IMG/VR virus record: IMGVR_UViG_3300042507_005041
Coordinates: 1-64,000 of that record
DNA: 64,000 bases
Reading direction: 5' to 3' (one strand)
Source: a virus
Taxonomy: Duplodnaviria; Caudoviricetes
Shown here in pieces: positions 9,195-20,433 of the stretch; the first letter of the stretch is position 1, and each line of letters opens with the position of its first letter. Below the pieces are notes generated by a model. It made no database searches, had not been told where the DNA came from, and saw only the letters and a list, made by a program, of their open reading frames with translations. The translations under genes and the position numbers were made by a program.

Positions 9195-10124
9195 ATGGCA
9201 ACTTTTAGAGGTGTATCGGCAGGCGTATTAGCAGGTGGCAGCATAGGTGCCATGGGCTATGGGTATACTAAAACAACTCAGGGCGGATATGAAGGCATGT
9301 CCAGAGGAATCGGAGCAGGAGTTGTTGGTGCTGGCATCGGGGTTGGCGCTTTTAAAGTTGCTCGTGGTAGTGGGAAGGCTTTATCTGATGCCGAAGTTGC
9401 AAGACGTGGAGCGACTGCTATAGAAAAAAGTAGTCGTAGATTTAAAAAAGGCGGTCTTGGACTTGGCGCAATTGGAATTGGTGGAGCAGCCTATAGTGCC
9501 CACCAGTTTCAACAAGGCGACTATGGTCAAGCTGCACTAGGGGCCGGAGTATCAATGGCTGGCATTGCTGGAGCATCTGGAATGCTGGGAGCTATGTCTA
9601 GGGGAAATAAAGTTTCCGGTGCAATTCGTCAAAGTCTAGACGCTGCAGACAAAGCTATGGAAGGGTCAAAAAAACTTGCAAATAGAGCAGATGCATTTAG
9701 AAAGCCAAGAAACTTTGGCTACGGAACAGTCGCAGCCGGTGCGTTAACAATGGCAGGAGGCATTCAGCAGGGTTCTATGGGAGCTACAGCTGTAGGAGCT
9801 GGAATCCTGGCAGTTGGTGGAGGCATAGCTGCAATAGGTAGATCTGGCGTAAGTAGAAACATGGCCAAGTCTGAAAGCCTTAAAAGATCTGCAACAAGAT
9901 TAGAAAGAGGAGCTGCTGGAGTTGCCAGAACAGCAGAGAGATATGGAACACGAACAGCAGGAAGATCAGCATCCAACTTAAGGGGCACTACAGATAGAGT
10001 TTTGTCGGAAAGTGTTACAGCACTGAGAAAAACCAGTAGGAGAACTGGATATGGTGCAGCTGGAGTTGCAGCTCTTGGTATTGGATCTGCAGCAGTGTTG
10101 GCCCATCAAGCAGGAATATTTTAA
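9195..10124 (+). CDS. Glycine-zipper, basic membrane-inserting protein
   Basis: Multiple GxxxG hydrophobic segments; GGAG RBS before ATG 9195. Confidence 0.75.
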   Translation: MATFRGVSAGVLAGGSIGAMGYGYTKTTQGGYEGMSRGIGAGVVGAGIGVGAFKVARGSGKALSDAEVARRGATAIEKSSRRFKKGGLGLGAIGIGGAAYSAHQFQQGDYGQAALGAGVSMAGIAGASGMLGAMSRGNKVSGAIRQSLDAADKAMEGSKKLANRADAFRKPRNFGYGTVAAGALTMAGGIQQGSMGATAVGAGILAVGGGIAAIGRSGVSRNMAKSESLKRSATRLERGAAGVARTAERYGTRTAGRSASNLRGTTDRVLSESVTALRKTSRRTGYGAAGVAALGIGSAAVLAHQAGIF

Positions 10125-10135
10125 AAGTTAAAATT

Positions 10136-11579
10136 ATGGATCCTTCAGGTTTTGATAGCGGAAATTTAAAATGGGCAGAAGACCTTGCGCCAAGGACTCA
10201 AAGTGTAGACTCATTTGTTAGACTTGGAGCTTCAGCTGATACACCAGAAGTTCGTCCATTAGTAGCTCAAGTAGCAGATCTTTTTAAGAAAATAGATATT
10301 GGATCTAGAGAGTTTTCAATCGAAGCACCAGATATATCTGATCCTTCAAAATTAGTTCAACTTGGTCGCACTGTTAGGGGTCAAGATGTAGTTAGAAGAA
10401 CAGCTGTGGCCATAGTTGATCCAGCTGCATATACTGCTGCAACTGGAGATAGTTGGGGAGAAACAACAATAGGATTCTTTAGACCGGACCTAGATCCCGG
10501 CTCAAAATCGCATGCGAATATGATGGCGTTTTTAAAAAATGAAGGCATAGCTTTTGATAGTCCTGATGAAATAGATAATTTCATTTTCATGAGCGGTCCA
10601 ATGGTAAAACGTAGGGGAGCAGAAAATACATTTTTAGATATTGGACATGAAGTAACACACGCTGTATTTGATATGGCTGAAGCAAATGAAGAAGGAAAGT
10701 TAGCTCAAGAAGCTCTCTCTCAAAGAGAATCAATGTTAAGGGGACTTACAAAAGAAATAGACGATGCAAGCGTTCCTCTTGGAGATAAATATGGCGTTAT
10801 TACACACGATACTCCTGAAGTTGTAGATCTACATAAAGCATCAGCAAGAAGAACTATTGCTTATGCTCAAGAAGAAGTTACTGCGCAAACTGGAGCTTTA
10901 GAATTTGGTAGAATAGCTGGATTGAGTAATAAAATTGCGTCAGATAGAACCCTAGGACTTACTGGGTATAGTCGTCCAGATGCTTTTGAAGGTTATGTTT
11001 CTCGATTCAGTTCACCTGGATTTGGTCCAATAGAAGGACTGATGAATAGAGGCTACCTATTGCCAGAAGGATCAGGTGGAATCAAATATACTATAGAACA
11101 AGTAGGAAAAGCAAGACAAGAATGGTTTTATAGAATGCAAGACCTGGGTGCAGCGGTCTATTCTGCGGGTATGCAGCAGGCTGGAATTCCAGAAGGAATG
11201 TACGAAGCAATAGATTCTATGATTCTTAATGCAGAAGTAGCTGGATCTCCAGGGTTAATGTCATCAGTTCAAAAGTTTAAAGGTCCTAAGCGGAATGGGC
11301 ATAATGAGAAATGTTGGAGCAACTGTAGGTGGACCAAGAAGAGTATTACGAATTAGTGATCCAGTTGTTGGGGCAGTAGATTCTCAACCCGCTGCCAGAA
11401 TGGCTATGGCTGCTACTGTTCAATCAAGTGGAGAAAAAGCAGTTAAAGCTACTGCTAGTTCAGTGGGAGCAATGCCTCCTACTATGCGTCAAAGAGTAGG
11501 TGTGATGTCTAGAAAAACCTTAGATGGAGTTTTAAATGCAGGCGAAACTGCTATGAAAGTCCTTAGAGGGATTACCTGA
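10136..11579 (+). CDS. HExxH protein (paralog-like to 5884-7638), split by a +1 frameshift at CGGA 11291-11294
   Basis: IGHEVTH...EE in ORF 10136-11356; ORF 11295-11579 supplies an Ala-rich tail ending AMKVLRG, compare AVKALRA in the intact paralog. Confidence 0.65.
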
Positions 11580-11662
11580 TTTTCGGTGATTTAGAGATCT
11601 AGGTTTAAAAAAAAGCCTAATAAGCTTACTATATATAATAGTTTAATATACAAGGAAAACGT

Positions 11663-11995
11663 ATGGCGCTGTCAAGAATGGACAAAAAACTGGCAGGTCT
11701 GGGCGGAACAATGCTTGTTGGTGGATTGGCAACTAATCAAACAGTTGGAAAAAATAACTCACCAGTTGGCTATGCAGGAAGTGCTGCGTCCATAGGTGGC
11801 ACTACAACTTTAGGTCTTGTAGGAGCTGGAGAACTTATGGAGCACATAGGTCTAGGCAGTAGAGTGCAGATGAGAAAGTATGGACAAGACGCAATGCACG
11901 TTGGAAGAAATATAATGTCATCTGCTAGAAGAGCAGCACCAGGAATGAAGCTTCTTGCTGGCAGGATAGCTCAAGGAGCTAACAAGGTTATATAA
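11663..11995 (+). CDS. Gly-rich small protein
   Basis: AAGGA RBS; two Gly-rich hydrophobic segments. Confidence 0.7.
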   Translation: MALSRMDKKLAGLGGTMLVGGLATNQTVGKNNSPVGYAGSAASIGGTTTLGLVGAGELMEHIGLGSRVQMRKYGQDAMHVGRNIMSSARRAAPGMKLLAGRIAQGANKVI

Positions 11996-12074
11996 TTTTT
12001 TGAAATTGAAATGTTTTTTCAAAAAGGGAATTGGGCCTGAAAATTTTTTTCCAATTTTACCCTATATAGCTTTT

Positions 12075-12827
12075 TTAAATTGATTCCATTTTTGATCTTA
12101 TCTCAGTAGCAGAGATTGCCTCTATATCAGAAGATAATTCAACTTTTTCTATTTTATAACCAACGTCTCTTCCATAAACAATATTAGTTATATTTGGAAA
12201 CTGAACAACAAAAGGATTTTCTTCTTTTTCTTCAATAAAATTTTTTACTTGAGAATAGGAGAAAGGATCTTTTTCAGAAGTATTGTGAGTAGTTCTTACT
12301 CCAACAACAACTTGTTTTGTTTTTTTGTGGGCCTCTTGCTTTAAAGCTGCATGACCGTCATGCCAAGGCTGATATCTTCCGAGAAGTAGAGTAGTTGGCT
12401 TTGTCCAGTCAAAAAGTTTAAAAGCAGAAATGGCCAATTCAACTTCTTGTTCGACGGTAAGATTAGGCTTTATTCTGAGATCATATTCAGTGGGGTCTTG
12501 CCAAATAGAATTGGTGTTTTCATATCTGCTTGTTTGAATTCTGTCAACCCAAATGGTTTTATCAGCACTACCAAAAGCATTTCTGGTTTCTTCTGTAGGA
12601 CAAATAAAGTCTACAATTACGTTTTGACCTTGGTCATTTAAAAGTCGTGAAACAGCACCCATTCTACGAGCTTGTTCTATTCTGTCCTCATTGGTGAAAC
12701 CTAAATCAGAGCTAAGGTCTTTTCTTACAGCATCAGCATTAATATGTATAAAGTTAACCTTAGAAGCTAATAACTCTGATAAAGCTGTTTTTCCAGCGCC
12801 GGGTAATCCTAAAACTAGTATTATCAT
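12075..12827 (-). CDS. Adenylylsulfate-kinase-like P-loop domain fused to an HxGH nucleotidyltransferase domain
   Basis: GLPGAGKT, NADAVR..L..DLGF..EDR; GRYQPWHDGH. Confidence 0.85.
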   Translation of the reverse strand: MIILVLGLPGAGKTALSELLASKVNFIHINADAVRKDLSSDLGFTNEDRIEQARRMGAVSRLLNDQGQNVIVDFICPTEETRNAFGSADKTIWVDRIQTSRYENTNSIWQDPTEYDLRIKPNLTVEQEVELAISAFKLFDWTKPTTLLLGRYQPWHDGHAALKQEAHKKTKQVVVGVRTTHNTSEKDPFSYSQVKNFIEEKEENPFVVQFPNITNIVYGRDVGYKIEKVELSSDIEAISATEIRSKMESI

Positions 12828-13576
12828 AAAATGAACCTATCTTTGTTGGTAGTAGATAAATGTAAAACTCTATTATAAGACTCATAAGCTAATTTTACTA
12901 CATCATTAAACCTAGAAGTCATAAGATAGTCTTGCATTTTGATGTCACGACTAGAATGAGGTTCTACCTCGTAAGCATCTACATGTTCTGTAATGGGAAA
13001 AATTTTAGATATAGACTTTGTTAAAGAATTATTTTTATCGCCAGCAATAGAATCAAATGGAACAACAAAAATATCATGAATATTATTATATATAAAGTCT
13101 GTCATTCTAATATAAAATAAAAAACATTTTTCTATATAAAGATAATCATCATCTGTATATATTAAATGATTTAAAACATTTAGAATTCTATTTTGATTAG
13201 TATGTTTAATAAATTCTGATATATAAGAACTAACAGACTTTAGGGGATCTCTAAAAGTAGAGAATACAAAATGGTCATCAGAAAATATAAAATTTTTGTC
13301 ATTGATCGCTTCTTTGAATGCAACTTCTTTATGACACAGAGGAAAAGGCATAGCTACTTCTGGAAAAGCTAATAAAATTTTTCTTCTAAGATATCTATTA
13401 CCTTGTCTTGGAAAACCATCAACAGTAACTTTAAAGGAGCCTTGTTCTCTAACTTGAAAAGTTATATTGTCTACATAAAGATCATCAGTAGTTTCAATCC
13501 ATAAGTTATCGGTTTTAGACCATCCACCTGAATCAGGTGGGAGAAAAGCTTTTGTCATTTCAAAACTATCAACCAT
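12824..13576 (-). CDS. Sulfotransferase-like protein
   Basis: GFPRQGN (PSB-loop-like) and RDPLKSVSS motifs. Confidence 0.55.
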   Translation of the reverse strand: MVDSFEMTKAFLPPDSGGWSKTDNLWIETTDDLYVDNITFQVREQGSFKVTVDGFPRQGNRYLRRKILLAFPEVAMPFPLCHKEVAFKEAINDKNFIFSDDHFVFSTFRDPLKSVSSYISEFIKHTNQNRILNVLNHLIYTDDDYLYIEKCFLFYIRMTDFIYNNIHDIFVVPFDSIAGDKNNSLTKSISKIFPITEHVDAYEVEPHSSRDIKMQDYLMTSRFNDVVKLAYESYNRVLHLSTTNKDRFIL

Positions 13577-13586
13577 TTAATTACTT

Positions 13587-16548
13587 TTATTCTTCTATCA
13601 CTCTAACAGAGTTGGTGTCTAAGTTAGACCACTTGTATTCTCTGTGGCTTTCAGCGGACCACTCAGCCCATTGTTTTGTTGGCCAGGTATTTAAAGTGTA
13701 TACCTTGTCTTTTAACATGGGCCATAAATTAGGATCCATGCCTTGACATGATTTATACTTTTGTTCGTCTAAGTTGGCAACTACTTTATACTTACTCATG
13801 GTTTAGGTATGCTCTTTATTGTGTGTAAAATAAACTCTTCAACAGTAATATTTTGATATTTTGCTGCTAATTTTATTTGAAGAAATTCTTTATCTGTAAA
13901 TTTAACAGTACAAAACTTTTTATTATTTGATTCAAGTCTAAGAATAACTTTGTGTTTTTTGCAATTTTTAAATCTAGCTAAAATACTCATCTTCATTTTC
14001 TACAACTTCAAAACAATCATCACAATACCATAATTTGTACATTTTGTTGACAGTAATCAAATCTGTATATCCACCTTGATCTTCATCAAACAAAGCTTTA
14101 CAGTTATTGCAGAAGTCATTGTGAAACTCTTCTGTTTTATTTTCTATTTCAACCATATTTAATTACTTCAATTCTTTCTGGAAGTATAGCTACGTTATTT
14201 TTTTGTCTGTCTTCATAAGATAGAATATAAAACTCAGTATTTATGTCATAAAACAAAGAATCAAAAGATATAGAAGCTCCGTCTTTTAAAATTGCAATTC
14301 CTTTTGTAGAATGAGAATTAATAGATGGATGATCATAAGAGTCTACAATGATTAGAGGCATTAGTTTTTTGTTCTCCAAATATCAGAAGAAGTATAGTTA
14401 TAAGACTCTTTACGAGCAACAATCAACTTTTTAAGAGCTCCATAAAGTACAGGCCATTTATTGGACAACTCTCGCATAATGTAATCGTGATGTTCTGGGT
14501 GCTTACCTTTATCTGTTAAAGCATCATATATCGCATCAATTGCAACTTTTTCATCATAAGGAATATGAGACATTCTATAGTTCTTATTCTGATAAATAGA
14601 TGTAATCTTTACATTAGGATTACCAGGGTTAGAGGTTACAGTATTTGGAAGTGGAATGTTTGGTTTTATCTCTTCTTTGATAGGAGATAAGCTTTTGCTA
14701 AGATTGGTTATCGCAATTGCGATGTTATTTAAAGCTCTAGCTATTGCTTTCATTGTTACCACTGATCCTTTTCATTATCAATTTCTTCTTGTAATTCTCT
14801 GCGGGTTTTCTCATCATATGGAGAGCCCCATCCTTCTGCATAGGCGTCTTTCATTCTATCGTAAGAATCATCATCATCGCCTATTTCAAATCTTTGATTT
14901 TTAGGATTTAAACTCATCAAATTTTCCTTTATAAGTCTGCATTTGGATTTAATTTTTTTATGTAAAGAAACAAGTAATCTTGTAAGTTATCTAAAGCTTT
15001 AATAAAAGGTATCTGTTGACGAGAAAGCCATTTAATTAAATCAGCTTCTTCTTTACCATATTCATCAAGATAAGAAAAAGCTGCGTTATAAACACATTCA
15101 TCTTGAAGAGATTGGTATTGACGAGTGGTATAAATAATATTATCGTACATTAGAATTTATTTACTCTTTAACCCAATTGTATTCTACATACTCTCGTATG
15201 TACATTTCTTCTTTTTCTTGTGCGGTATGAGCATTTTCGCTAATGTCGTTTCCTGCTTCAGCATATTCGTAAACCCATAATTTGTAATCATGGTAAGACA
15301 TCTCGTCCCACTGTTTTTCAGCTTCTTTACGAAGTCTTTTTAGCTGTACAGGTTCTGTGCAATCAAGATCATAAGTAAACATAATTATACTTCTGTATCA
15401 AATTGTGGGGACATATTTTCGAATATTGCATCAAGTTGTTCAGGGGTAAGACCCTTGGCGTACTCGGTTGCAAAATAAATCCATTCACCATCTTCACGCA
15501 TTTTAATATCTACAAGACCAGCTTTATACATAAATTGCAAGTCTTGAATTACTTGTTGTTTTGCGGATTCTTCTTCATTTAACATTGTTATTACCTGGAC
15601 AGTTTTCTATTAGTACGTGTAGATACTTGATGTGGTCTACTAATATTTTAATAGATTCACCATCGAGTACATAATTGGAATCAATGCCGTGAGACAAAAA
15701 AAGATTCCAATCATTATCTATGGAATATGTAGGTTCAATTTCACTTGGATTCATAAGGTTTTCTCCACAAGGAAGGAGAATGTGCGTCCTCTATATCGAG
15801 CTTATGTTGCTCATTTTCATAAAGGCGAATCATATGAACACACGGATCTCCACCTTCTGCAAACTCATTATCCTCTTGTTCGGACAAAGGAAAAGCATCA
15901 TGAGTATAGCACAATGGTGGGCCACACCAATCGTTTTCTAAACCTATCTTAATCCATTTATCGAATGTATCAATCTGATTAGGTTGTATTTTATTTTCAA
16001 GATAACCAATATGAGTTATTAGTTCATTTAACTGAATAACAGCACGCTGCATTAAGACTCTAAAAACTGGTGTGTCTACGTAAATTTTTGTTAATTGATT
16101 TTCAATTTCGTTAATAGTGTTTTGTATTTTAACTATTGTTAGATCATTCATAATAACTATTATATCAGAAAGGTTCGTCTTGTTCGGATGGATCCCACTT
16201 TGTGCCTTCAAACAAAGAAGCTTGGTTTTTAGGAAATGGAAGTTTTCCCTGAGGATCATAAACATCGTCTAGATCGTGTGTTGTAACTTGAAACTGAAGA
16301 CTAACAGCTTTATTTGAAAGCTTTGAAGATAATTTTTTAATAGTTTTATCTAAATACTTTTGAAGTGCTTGTTTTTCAAATTCAGTTAAATTCAAAAAAA
16401 CCTCATTGACTTCACCCTTTTTTTGATTCAAGGTGGATATAGCTTCTTTAATTAAAGAGCTATTTTGAAGGTGGTTGTTAAAAGATTCAGAGTTATTCCG
16501 AACAGAAGGAACATAAGAATCTGGCATAGGCCATGTTGCGGAGATCAT
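13587..16548 (-). CDS. Run of small hypothetical genes (13587-13799, 13796-13996, 13974-14156, 14149-14379, 14361-14762, 14929-15150, 15161-15382, 15385-15585, 15741-16151, 16165-16548)
   Basis: Tightly packed, co-oriented ORFs with abutting or overlapping start/stop codons. Confidence 0.65.
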
Positions 16549-16553
16549 GTAAT

Positions 16554-16868
16554 TTAAACTTTCTCTAAAGGAATTATTCTTTTTAGTCTTTTCTTACAAG
16601 AATGGGTAGGAGGTTCATCGTGGCCAATACCAATTTTTATAGAAACGCCACAACTAGAACACTGCCACTTTGTGCCAGCCTTATATTTAGTTGGCTGCAA
16701 AGGAGGTTCATTTACAATATAAGGTATCTCAATATCTTCGTCATCAGAATCATTTTCTACAACCAAGACAGGGACACAAGACGGGCAAAGTTTTGGTTTG
16801 CGTCCACGAGATTTTTGACGAGTCCATTTAACATTACAGGACTCGCAGGTGAGTTCTTCAGTTTCCAT
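16554..16868 (-). CDS. Zn-ribbon protein
   Basis: CESC..W...RGRKP..CPSC and CSSC...H.C. Confidence 0.7.
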   Translation of the reverse strand: METEELTCESCNVKWTRQKSRGRKPKLCPSCVPVLVVENDSDDEDIEIPYIVNEPPLQPTKYKAGTKWQCSSCGVSIKIGIGHDEPPTHSCKKRLKRIIPLEKV

Positions 16869-16883
16869 GATAAATTCTTTCTT

Positions 16884-17492
16884 TTACTGTTCCTGTATAT
16901 AACAATAGTAAGGAGGTCCAGTATAAGGATCGTATTTTGCTGCAACAGAAATAGCTTTAAGGCATAGTGTTTTTACTTGAGGAGGAGTAAGTTGTTTCTT
17001 CTTATCGAACAAAACAGACATAGCACCCTGAGCATATGCGCCCCCAGTGCCTAAAGCATAAAGTCCGGTAACATCAGATGTCCAAGAATAATCTCCATCT
17101 ACGACATAGATAGAACCATGAATGGAACAGATGATGGTGGAGCCTTGCTCAGCTATATGAGTAGAGTCATCTCTTTCAGGGGAAGCATATCCTTGCACTT
17201 CAAAACAAGCTCTAAGTGAAGGGATAAACTTAGTGGTAAAGAACTGATCTAATTTAGAATCAGATAAACCAGGAGTTGGGACAGGTGGTTGAAAGACGTG
17301 GTGAATAATATTGATTGCACGTACGTCTCCAGCAGCACCTAAAAGGTACTTTCCATTAGTAGCAACCTTAGAAGAGTTTCTTCCTAATGTCATTATTTGA
17401 GAGGCGAATCCGCCCTCGTCCATGGTAGATATTCTAGAGTCAGTGCATATAACACTAAAGCCATCTCCTTGAACTCCTAGTATTGTAGTCAT
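16884..17492 (-). CDS. Proteasome-beta/HslV-like Ntn hydrolase
   Basis: M-TTILGV (N-terminal Thr), DSR, K, GTGG.YA.GA, D.YTG. Confidence 0.85.
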   Translation of the reverse strand: MTTILGVQGDGFSVICTDSRISTMDEGGFASQIMTLGRNSSKVATNGKYLLGAAGDVRAINIIHHVFQPPVPTPGLSDSKLDQFFTTKFIPSLRACFEVQGYASPERDDSTHIAEQGSTIICSIHGSIYVVDGDYSWTSDVTGLYALGTGGAYAQGAMSVLFDKKKQLTPPQVKTLCLKAISVAAKYDPYTGPPYYCYIQEQ

Positions 17493-17705
17493 ATTAATCC
17501 TTATACAAGTCAGAAGAATCAAATAAGAGTATACTGCAGGGAGATAGAAAATACAATTTTAAATTAATTATTTTGTTTAACCAAAGTAAAATAAGAAGAT
17601 CCAAATACTTGAATAGCTATTCTGTTAATTTGATCAGGGTTTGAGGTGGCATAAACATATGATCTATTAGATTTTTGTTTATTTTTGTTTTTTTTGCCTT
17701 TGCGC

Positions 17706-17951
17706 TTAGCCAACTGTAGTCCCTTCTTTGTGGACACAAAAAGAATGATACACATTTCTGATGTTCTTATTAAAATAAGCACCGCCAGAATGCGCATCAA
17801 TGAACTCTTGATGAACGTATGATGGAACATTTTTGTAAAGCCAAACAGCTTTAGAATTAAAAACAACCATAAGGTCATTTGATTCTATATCCCAAGCGCA
17901 CATAAATAATGTGCTACTATTTGTAAAGTAATGTACTAATAATTTTTCCAT
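17706..17951 (-). CDS. KTSC-domain protein
   Basis: SS......D.....L.V.F.....Y..VP......A.S.G.YFN.NIR. Confidence 0.85.
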   Translation of the reverse strand: MEKLLVHYFTNSSTLFMCAWDIESNDLMVVFNSKAVWLYKNVPSYVHQEFIDAHSGGAYFNKNIRNVYHSFCVHKEGTTVG

Positions 17952-17954
17952 AAG

Positions 17955-18041
17955 TGGAACGAGGAGGATTCGAACCTCCGAGGGCTTTAAAACCCTGACG
18001 GTTTAGCAAACCGTTGCTTTCGGCCACTCAGCCACCGTTCC
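17955..18041 (-). tRNA. tRNA-Ser(GCT)
   Basis: Full cloverleaf with long variable arm; no encoded CCA. Confidence 0.95.
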
Positions 18042-18111
18042 GTAAACATACTAACAGGTTAACAATTTGTCCATTTTCGAAGTGATTCATCAGTAAATGT
18101 TAGTATGTTAG

Positions 18112-18185
18112 CGCCCTCGGTATGATTCGAACATACGACCTGCGGATTAGAAGTCCGATGCTCTATCCAGCTGAGCTACGAGGGC
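18112..18185 (-). tRNA. tRNA-Arg(TCT)
   Basis: Cloverleaf; anticodon loop CTTCTAA. Confidence 0.95.
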
Positions 18186-18191
18186 ATTGAT

Positions 18192-18632
18192 TTATAGATC
18201 AGGATAAGAATGTTGTTTCTTAGTATCAGAGTCTATAAATAATTTTATCTGAACAATTTGATTTTCGTCTTTAACCAAATAAAAAAAACCATTTGTCCAA
18301 AACATTCCAGCTACCAAATAACCTGGCTTATCATTTTTTGGAGTTAAGTGGTAAGCCAATCCTGTTTCTAGCATTTTATATTTAAAAACACCTAATGGAT
18401 ACGCACTCCAATAAGAATCATGAATTTTTAAATCTTCTGGAAAAGGAATTTTACCATGAAAGTTTACAAAATTTTGAGTCAATAAATAAACAGCTTGAGG
18501 ATCATGAATAGATGAATCATAAACAATCCAATCTTTATGAGCTTGATAAAAAAGAAGGAAATCAAAAGAGTCCTGCTCATAAAGAGTAGGGTCTATAGAT
18601 GAAATGTTTTCTATCAATAAATTGGGTGACAT
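18192..18632 (-). CDS. Hypothetical protein
   Basis: 146-aa co-oriented ORF. Confidence 0.7.
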   Translation of the reverse strand: MSPNLLIENISSIDPTLYEQDSFDFLLFYQAHKDWIVYDSSIHDPQAVYLLTQNFVNFHGKIPFPEDLKIHDSYWSAYPLGVFKYKMLETGLAYHLTPKNDKPGYLVAGMFWTNGFFYLVKDENQIVQIKLFIDSDTKKQHSYPDL

Positions 18633-18637
18633 AATAA

Positions 18638-19015
18638 TTAACTATTCTTTAGCAGTATCTTTACGTAAAGAGTCTTGCGCTCTATGTTAGATAAAAACTT
18701 AACAGCAGTCATTCGCCAGTTGTGTTGCTTATTAGAATAAAGAATAAAATCTTCTTCAGAATAATTAGAATTATTAAGCTTAACATTATTCTTGTGCATC
18801 TGTACTTTAGTGTTTTGACAAGAAAGTTGAAGTTCTATTTCTTTTCTTAAAAGCTGTAAAGAATAGTGCCAAAGATCTAAATGGTCATGAAGATAATTTA
18901 TTACCTCTTGAGAAACCTCAGACTTAATGTCTGAGATAACTAATTCTCGAAAGCTAGAAAAGTCATCTTTAGATATTTTATCTATAGACAGTTCATTCAG
19001 TTGCTTCAGTGTCAT
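18638..19015 (-). CDS. Hypothetical helical protein
   Basis: 125-aa co-oriented ORF. Confidence 0.7.
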   Translation of the reverse strand: MTLKQLNELSIDKISKDDFSSFRELVISDIKSEVSQEVINYLHDHLDLWHYSLQLLRKEIELQLSCQNTKVQMHKNNVKLNNSNYSEEDFILYSNKQHNWRMTAVKFLSNIERKTLYVKILLKNS

Positions 19016-19748
19016 TTTTGTTATCTTTCTTATAGCATAATTGGTATACTTGAGATATATCTTGTTGAAAAGAATCTTGTGCAGTTTCGCCGGATTTTAA
19101 AACGTAGTTTAAAGAATACAACGGATATATGGGCCAGCTTCCTAGCCAAGTAAGTTTCTGTTTATAATCTTTTATTTTTAAATCAGAACCAAATAAAGCT
19201 GACAAAACAGTAGCTCCAACAGTGCAGATTATCTTTGGGTTCATAATATGTATTTCAGACTGTAAGTAAGAAACACAGTTGTCTATATATTTTTGATCAA
19301 CATCTCTAGTTGGACATCTTAATAGATAGGTCAAACATATGTTATCTGAAGAGAATCCAGAGTTCTTAAGAGAGTTGATAAAAAAATCAGAAGAAGCTTG
19401 ATCTAAATACGAAGTCTCTAATACAAACAAAACATCAGGGTTATTGACGTTCCATTTAGGAAGAGCTGGGGTAAGACTACCAAGTTGGCATTTTCTACAA
19501 TTGTGTGCAACAGTATGAAGTTCGGTTATCTTCATAGAAGTTTTAGACGCAATGGAAGAAACTCTTGCCTCTTTAATAATTTTTACCACATCTGCGTTAG
19601 GCAGCTTGCCATCAATAGCTTCAAATATAGAAGAGACAATGTCTGTCTCCATAAATCCTAATTGACCATAGGACTTAGAGGGAGATTCAGACAAAGCCTC
19701 ATCTAAAATGTTTTGTAGTAAAGAGTCGTCGTATTGACTAGAACTCAT
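18993..19748 (-). CDS. Uracil-DNA glycosylase family 4-like (Fe-S) protein
   Basis: CRKC, LLRCP...C..YL..EI...NPKII..VG; catalytic motifs appear degenerate. Confidence 0.75.
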   Translation of the reverse strand: MSSSQYDDSLLQNILDEALSESPSKSYGQLGFMETDIVSSIFEAIDGKLPNADVVKIIKEARVSSIASKTSMKITELHTVAHNCRKCQLGSLTPALPKWNVNNPDVLFVLETSYLDQASSDFFINSLKNSGFSSDNICLTYLLRCPTRDVDQKYIDNCVSYLQSEIHIMNPKIICTVGATVLSALFGSDLKIKDYKQKLTWLGSWPIYPLYSLNYVLKSGETAQDSFQQDISQVYQLCYKKDNKNDTEATE

Positions 19749-20193
19749 CTGGAACAGAGTATGACGAAGCGCCACCACTCTGCTTTGTTGCAGCAGCACC
19801 AGAAGAGGAATCAGACTTCTGGAATGAGCCTCCGGCGTAGGTAAGAGCTTCAGCTACAACAACAATCTTAGAACGATTCTGACTGTCTTGCTGCCAACGC
19901 TCTTGGATCAAACGTCCAAGAATCTGGATCTGAGAACCCTTCTTCATCTTACCTTCTGAAACTTGCTTGGCAACAAAAGAAGCGTTCTTTGATGCGAAGT
20001 CAGATCCATCTTTAAGGTAATAGACAATGTCAAAATAACCAGAGCTAACTCCGGCTCCCTTTTCACTGCCAGCATAGTCAACAGCAATGCGGAACTTAAG
20101 AATGTTTCCGTTTGCTACCAACTCTGGGTCTGATACGATACCTGCTGTGAGGTTTACTATGTTACGTGGGTCTATCATTTCTATACTTTCCAA
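19738..20193 (-). CDS. ssb: Single-stranded DNA-binding protein
   Basis: DPEL, FRIAV, KG..I.I.GRL....W, acidic tip PDEF. Confidence 0.9.
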   Translation of the reverse strand: MESIEMIDPRNIVNLTAGIVSDPELVANGNILKFRIAVDYAGSEKGAGVSSGYFDIVYYLKDGSDFASKNASFVAKQVSEGKMKKGSQIQILGRLIQERWQQDSQNRSKIVVVAEALTYAGGSFQKSDSSSGAAATKQSGGASSYSVPDEF

Positions 20194-20433
20194 TTAGTCT
20201 TTGTTTAATGTTTCTTTAAATGTATTAGATATTTGATCTAAAAATTCCGTAGAAGTTTTTACTGCTTCTATCGGTCCATATTGTACCATGAGATGATTCA
20301 ATAAAGAAAGGAAAAGATTATATATACCAGATTTTAAATCTGTGACAACATCAGTAGAAGTACCTTCTTCTATGTCGTCTACTAATTTAAATTCAGGAGC
20401 TTCCTGAGGTGTATCATTATCTTCTGTCGGCAT
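20194..20433 (-). CDS. Hypothetical protein
   Basis: Co-oriented short ORF. Confidence 0.65.
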   Translation of the reverse strand: MPTEDNDTPQEAPEFKLVDDIEEGTSTDVVTDLKSGIYNLFLSLLNHLMVQYGPIEAVKTSTEFLDQISNTFKETLNKD

